Origin: Vitrella brassicaformis CCMP3155 | Lineage: Eukaryota > Protista > Chromerida | Length of the DNA: 63,549 nucleotides | Reading direction: 5' to 3' | Assembly: GCA_001179505.1 (NCBI GenBank) | Contig: CDMY01000502.1 | Span: 1 to 63,549, forward strand | Shown here: positions 57,717 through 63,549 of the stretch, piece after piece | Position numbering within the stretch: the first letter of the stretch is position 1 | How the letters are laid out: each line of letters begins with the position of its first letter | The notes under the pieces: generated by a model | What the model was told of the DNA's origin: nothing | The model's database searches: none | What the model saw: the letters and a program-made list of their open reading frames with translations, nothing else | Made by a program: the position numbers and the translations under genes

Positions 57717-60700
57717 TCATGGGCGACAGAATGTCAGGACAGGACACAGCTGATTCACCCGCCGACCAGGCTCGCCGTTGGCTGCTGGAACGTCGACGAA
57801 CAGGGGAATCGTCCGAACAATAAACGCGGAAGCTCCTCCGGCCAAGCTGGGGCGATTCCTGATACGCTCGACGTCCTCACTTGTGCAGCTGAGGAGGAAG
57901 TCAGATTGAAGATTGTCATCCGAGAGGCCAGCCGTGGAGCTATCCGTCGCCACGTTCGCGATAGATCTGCAGCCACACAAAGCAGTGCACAAATCCGTAC
58001 GGTGAGTAACAATCGCTCTGTTCGTCGTGTGTTGATCTCATTACTTGAGATCAAAGTCAACGCCAGCTTCGAGTGGCGGGTCATCGGCCGTCACATTTAT
58101 GGGAGTGGTGGGGCGACACTGAATCTGAACGCCAAGAGGGACGCCTGACGAATTCGATACCCAGGACACAGCGTAACGACACGAGCCAATGCCCCTCTGT
58201 CTGCTCATTACCTTCTTGTCGATTGTCGCATACTGTGGGCAAGACAGCATACAGGATTGTATCGTACTGCTGGCCAGGTAGGCCGTTGTCCAACTCAGTC
58301 ATCCCATGGCTAGCAGTAACAGCAATATTCGTCGAAGTGAAGTCTTGTTGCACCAACAGGCGCGGGACGCACGGGAAGCGGGGGGTTCTCCCGCCACGGC
58401 GGTAAGTGAGTCGAGTCGAGGGTGAGAAGCACCGGTCGTCCGTTTCATCTGTTGGGGCGCTGAGGATGGTGTAGTCCATCTGGTTGAGCGAGAAGCTGGA
58501 CAGACACATGACAGAGAACAACACAGTCACCTCACTCAGCCAACATGCCATGCCATCCAATTCACCTGGACGTCAGCAGCAGCTCTGGGACGGACGCTTG
58601 ACTCCTGGTCTTGCTTTGCTGCAGGTCCTCGATGACAGGGAGAAAGGGCAGATTGAGCGGCTCGCCAGTCTGTTGCGGGATTGCCCTGCCGGATGGGTCG
58701 ATCGCGAGACCTGCATGATACGCAACGACGGCATCACGGGGATCGTCGTGCTTGATCAGTTTGCCTCACCACCGACAAGAGTGCCTGCGAATACCACACA
58801 TCCATGAAGCTCCTCCCGCCTTCCCCTGCCTCATTTATGTATCTTTTCGGCGCGCACCTTCGACGAACATGAGCGTGTCGTTGCAAACCTCCACCGGCTC
58901 TCCGTCAACCAAGGTCAGCACCTGGCGCACCGTACCCTTGATATCGACATTTGCGAAGGCTATCTGAGCCTGGTCATAGGCATCCACCGTAAAGGGCTGC
59001 AGTCTCCCATCCAGCGCAGCCACGTCGTATCTGATAGTCGCCTGCATGTCCTCACAGCTGAAAAAGAGATTTTCCTCTGTTCTGCTGTCTTCCCCTATGC
59101 CTGTCTCCCGGTTGATCAGTCTCAGACAATAGTCGGTCCCGGTTGATCTCTCTTCGATGCGATCGACCATGCGATAGCTGGACGGCTGAGTCGACGTGGG
59201 GGCGGCCAGGATCGCATCAGGACACGCATCAACTGAGACGCAGAGAGAAAAGAAGAAGGACCAGTGAGATGGGGATGTCCAAGTGAATGTCTTGGTGTGA
59301 CTCACAGCATTCGTAACCGATGAAACACGTATCATTCCATATGTTCCCATCCTCTTGCAACACGTCGACAAATGCCGTGATGCTTTGTTTGCCAGGCTCG
59401 TTGGTGGGAGGGCATGTGTGCTCCTCCAGCTGGCTGATCGTCCTGTTCCTAGCATTCGCCGCAATCAACGACTCCTCACCGGTGACATTGACGTTCACCA
59501 AGGTGTCACCCCCCAGCGTGCCGACATCCGGACCGAGTGAGACAGCCACGATGTCGCCCACTGTGAGATTCCTGGGAAGCGTAAAAGGCTCCTCAAAACC
59601 GACTGGAAGGTTCTGGATGCGCGGACCGCGGCAGTTGGTCAGCACTTTGGCACAAACCCACAAACACAGAGCAGACACATGTGATTCGTCTTTAAGTTTC
59701 GATGCCCGTGTCAGCCTCGCACCTTCTGTTCCGTCCGTCAAAGGTCCCTCGGTCAAAGCTCCCAGCTGCCCTTTCAAAACCAGACCCAGTTCCATTCCAG
59801 TGCCACCATCAAAAAGGCCAAATGTTGGCGACAGCATCTCGGCAGCATTCACACAAAACAGCGACACCGCGAGCCGACGGTCGCAGGGATCCACGAATTC
59901 CTCGGCATCAGTGTCATTGAGGCACGAAATGTCGAGGCTCTGAGCTTGCACGAAATATGAGTCCATGATGCGGTCGCTGCCGAAGGAGAGGCGCGGGCCC
60001 TCTTCCGGCCTGAACACTGGGAAGAATATCGATGGGAGGGCTTGACCGAGGAGGGTCCGACCGGGGTCGGGGCCCAGAAAGATGCCCCTCTCTCTCTCTC
60101 TCGACGCCACGCCGGTAGAACGAGGCCTTGTCGATGTACGCTGACTTTCTTTTGAGCTTCGACAGGCCTCGCTGCAGTTCCGGAACACATCTTGCTTCGA
60201 TTCTGCGTCCAGAGAAAGCTCAAGCGGATTCTGAAACAGAAAGACGCACCACGGACCAAGGCAAGCGAGAGCAATACGACCAAGGGGCCCCACTGCCTTT
60301 GCTGACTTACCACCGAGACAGGGAGGCCGGTCGTTGCGTCGGTTCTATATCCGCCTGCTGCCAAGGCAATCACGCCTCCCGCATCGGTGTCGCCTGACGT
60401 TACGGTGAAAACCCGTTGCTTGACAGGAAGGTCGCAGCCCTCCGGTGCCTCATCTGGAAACGCCAGCAGACCGAGACTGAAGTCACGGGCGGGGCTGAGG
60501 ATCCCCATCACCCGTGCAGTGATGAGGTCGCTCTGCTCGTCGTCCCCAATGACCAGAATGCGCTGGTCCTCTTCGTAATTGACCTGTTCCGCTCGCAACG
60601 ACACCGCCTCATCGACGAAGCCAGTGGCAGTGATCTCGATCTGCGCCTCAACCCCTACGCAGGCTGGGTTGCTGGCGTCTTCCACTCGCATCACGCCTTG

Positions 60701-61846
60701 GATGGTGGCGAGGGCGGGCTCGAACGCCTGCCCCTCGCGTTGGGAGCAGAGGCCGGTCTCGGGGCAGTCGAACTGGAGAGTGACGCTGACGCCCTCTGTC
60801 GTGTTGCACGACAGGTCGAGGAAGAAGTCATCGAGCCCACTATCATCGTCAGGCTTGCCCTGAATTCTCATGCAGCTCGACACATTGGTGCCCGTGTTGT
60901 TGATGGTGTCGAGGTAGGCGTCAGAGCTCACGTCTTCGAACAGGTAAGTGCCGGGCACCAGCTGGGCGAACGTCGATTCTTCAAGCTGTGGAACTGGGGG
61001 CGGGGCGTTTGGCTTGAAGCTCTGCTCTCGTGGGTCGGGCCCCTCCTCTCCCCTTCTCTCGACGACGGGCAGGCTGCCCGCACAGTCAAAGGGCACAGCG
61101 AAGCGGTTGACGGCATTGAAGCACGGATCCAGCTCGGCCGGGAAACACAGAGACGATGGCTGGCCGCTGGCGACGCCCAGCACGAGGCTGACATCGCCGC
61201 GCGAGAAGTTGGCCACTTCACCGAACAGACCAATGCTCTCCTCGATGCAGTAGCAGAAGCGAGAGTCGCTCGTGCGGGCACAGATGGGCTTGTCCGACGG
61301 GCAGCTGACAGACAGGCACACACGAACACATATCTCCCAAGAGGCTGTGGCCACCTGTGCGCACACCTGCCGAGTGCCGCCGTGGAGGTCACGCCACTGA
61401 GCTCCCCACAGAGGATGCTCTGCCTGTCTCCCGATGCACTCACGTCGCCGGCGGTCTCCTCGTCGGTGGTCAGGGCATCTGTCTGCTGCCTCTTGAGCTC
61501 TTCCTGGGCGTTATCTTCATAGAAGCACTGGCCGAAGTTGCCCAGGTCGGGGTCGTCGAGGATGGGCAGCAGCGCATTGGCCTCACAACTCGAGAAGATC
61601 TCACCGTCAGGGAACACGACTGAATAGAAACGACAAAAGACACCAAGCGTATTGGGCGACCCCCTGTTGTGCTCGAGGCTTACTTGGCTGGCAGTCTGCG
61701 TTCGTTTCGGTCGGCTGTCCGTCGTCGTCTGTTCTGTTGTTGTTGCTCAGACAGGCCGTCGTGAACTGGGCCACAGCACCCCTCCTCTCCCACTGACTCA
61801 GCAGAATGGAAAGCAACGCCGTTACAAGACGGAGGGCCCACCGCAT
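57717..61846 (-). CDS. Large secreted, acidic, Cys-containing protein of unknown function (~1200 aa)
   Basis: Signal peptide MRWALRLVTALLSILLS. A series of long open exons (ORFs 60928-61617, 59849-61366, 59229-60293, 58835-59464, 58081-58560, 57717-57992) joins at GT-AG sites and contains many NxS/T sites. Confidence 0.72.
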
Positions 61847-62399
61847 AGAACTTCGAAAGGACGATTGAACAAAGGAGTCGATAACAGCAGGAGAACATGC
61901 CGGGGCATCAGAAAAGGCAGGGGCAATCTCAACGGTCAACGGTGCTTGTAAATTTGGCCACTCGGCAAAAAAAGTTCCACGCCAAGAATGCATTAATCAC
62001 AGCTAGACACCTACTTATATAGACAGGTCAGTGCATACAGATGCGTAGGTCGACGTCACGAGTGTGCGCACACAGGTAAGAGCTGCCGGGCACTGCGTGA
62101 CCCCTCCTCTCTAATGAATCAGTCAATCAACGAATGGCGTCGGTCAGCCGACGAAGACGCGCTCGATGGAGTCGATATGCTGCTTACCTGTGTGCCAATC
62201 AAATCGCACACACAACAGCCAACCGACACTTTGAAATGCCACCAAGCGCTGGCCGTCGGCGTGCTGTTTTGTATACTCACACATGGGGCAATCCACTAGA
62301 GGGATGTTCCACTGTCCGAAGCACGTGTCGCAAAAGGCTGACGTCGACATACACACACACACAGAACATACAATTAGGGACACAGAAACAGACAAGTGA

Positions 62400-63549
62400 T
62401 CGACACGCAGGGGGGACTGACCGAGGTGTTTGCAGGGTCGTATGAGTTGGGTTGGCTGGCGCTCCCGGCAGCCCACACAACTCTGCAGACCATCTATGAT
62501 CGCCTCACGCCGCGCTACCTGGCACAGACGCCACCGACAGACCCCTCCAACGGCGCAGACACGCCGCCTTCACCCGACGAATCACTGTGTGCACGTGGGC
62601 GTACGCACCTCTGACTGCAGTCGACTCTTGTCCTCGGCGAGGCGGCTGCTCTCCCCCCTGGCCTCCCTCACCTCCTCCACCAGCTTCTCATTCACCCCCC
62701 TTACCCTCTCTACGTCGCTCTCCAGCTCCCTCACCCGCCCTACCAGCATGTCGGTCGCCCTCACGCGAAGGGTCTCGTACACACGGGCGGTCTTCTGCGC
62801 GCTGTCATCGATGCGGTGGAGGATGGCTTGGATGGCCTCTACGGGTGCCTTCGGCGACAGGGCGTCGAGCTCAGATGCGAGCCTGCAGAGAGCGGAGGGA
62901 GGGATGTGGTGTTGTCTTGTCTTGTCTTGTCGGTCTGTGTGGCGTTGGGCGGTGGGTGGCTCACGTGTCGGGGTGGTTTGCCTTGAGCTCTTTGATCTGC
63001 TCCTCGGCGTCTACCAGGCGCTTCTCGGCGCCATGTTTCTCCTCCAAACACCTGAACGAAACATAGCACATGGATAAACAGATGTGTAACCATACACACG
63101 CAGGCGAGCGCACCTGTTGTATTTGTCGTTGATGTCGGTCGCGTATTGCCTTAGCCGCTCGTTCTCGCGAATCTGCTGCTTCAGCTGCGACTGGCTCGTC
63201 GCATAGTAGCCAGACAAATCGTCACAACTGCATACACACAGCACACAGCACAACAGACGGCGATAAGTCACGAGCTGGTGCCTGTGTCCGGCGTCCGGGA
63301 GGGAGGCACCTGTCGATTTGGTCCTTGAGCGCCTGTATCTCCCTCTGCTTTTCGCGCAGCTTCCGGCTCAGCTGCAGGTTGTCGTCCCTCAGCTCGACAT
63401 GCTCCATCAGGTTGCGACTGTCCTCCGTGCGCAGAGGTAGGGGGTAAGGAATGGGCTCACTGAACACACACACACACATCACACAAGGCATCGCACACCA
63501 CCCAGCCCATCGCGTTTGGTCGTGTTTGTTACCTGACAGCGGCCTCTTC
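62400..63549 (-). CDS. Coiled-coil protein, 3' part (5' end outside window, stop uncertain)
   Basis: Heptad-rich exons: ELRDDNLQLSRKLREKQREIQALKDQIDR; SQLKQQIRENERLRQY; VRELESDVERVRGVNEKLVEEVREA. Confidence 0.65.

Overview
This is GC-rich, intron-dense eukaryotic DNA with short GT-AG introns full of (GT)n, (ACAG)n and (ATGG)n microsatellites. The style and gene content suggest a chromerid alveolate such as Vitrella (inference). It holds about 22 spliced genes or gene remnants. Conserved genes: THG1, a 3-repeat Myb factor, a PTC7-type PP2C, BET1, mL43, a DUF4604-like protein, TMEM181, an S1/P1 nuclease, a Tas-type aldo-keto reductase and an EF-hand protein. Lineage-expanded families: two TLDc genes, two F-box/LRR-like paralogues and decayed atypical kinases. 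There is also a bacterial-type HTTM membrane protein and a block of four secreted-protein genes that includes an S8/S53-like protease with an Asp-to-Asn change at the subtilisin D32 position. The strongest unexplained signal is an 8-mer, TGCGAGCT. It sits in sense orientation 81-112 bp upstream of six different start codons and forms a 33-bp near-palindrome in one bidirectional promoter, making it a candidate core-promoter element. Three gaps of exactly 300 N truncate some models. All exon structures and motif counts were derived by eye and need computational confirmation. No tRNA, rRNA, CRISPR array or intact transposon was recognised.
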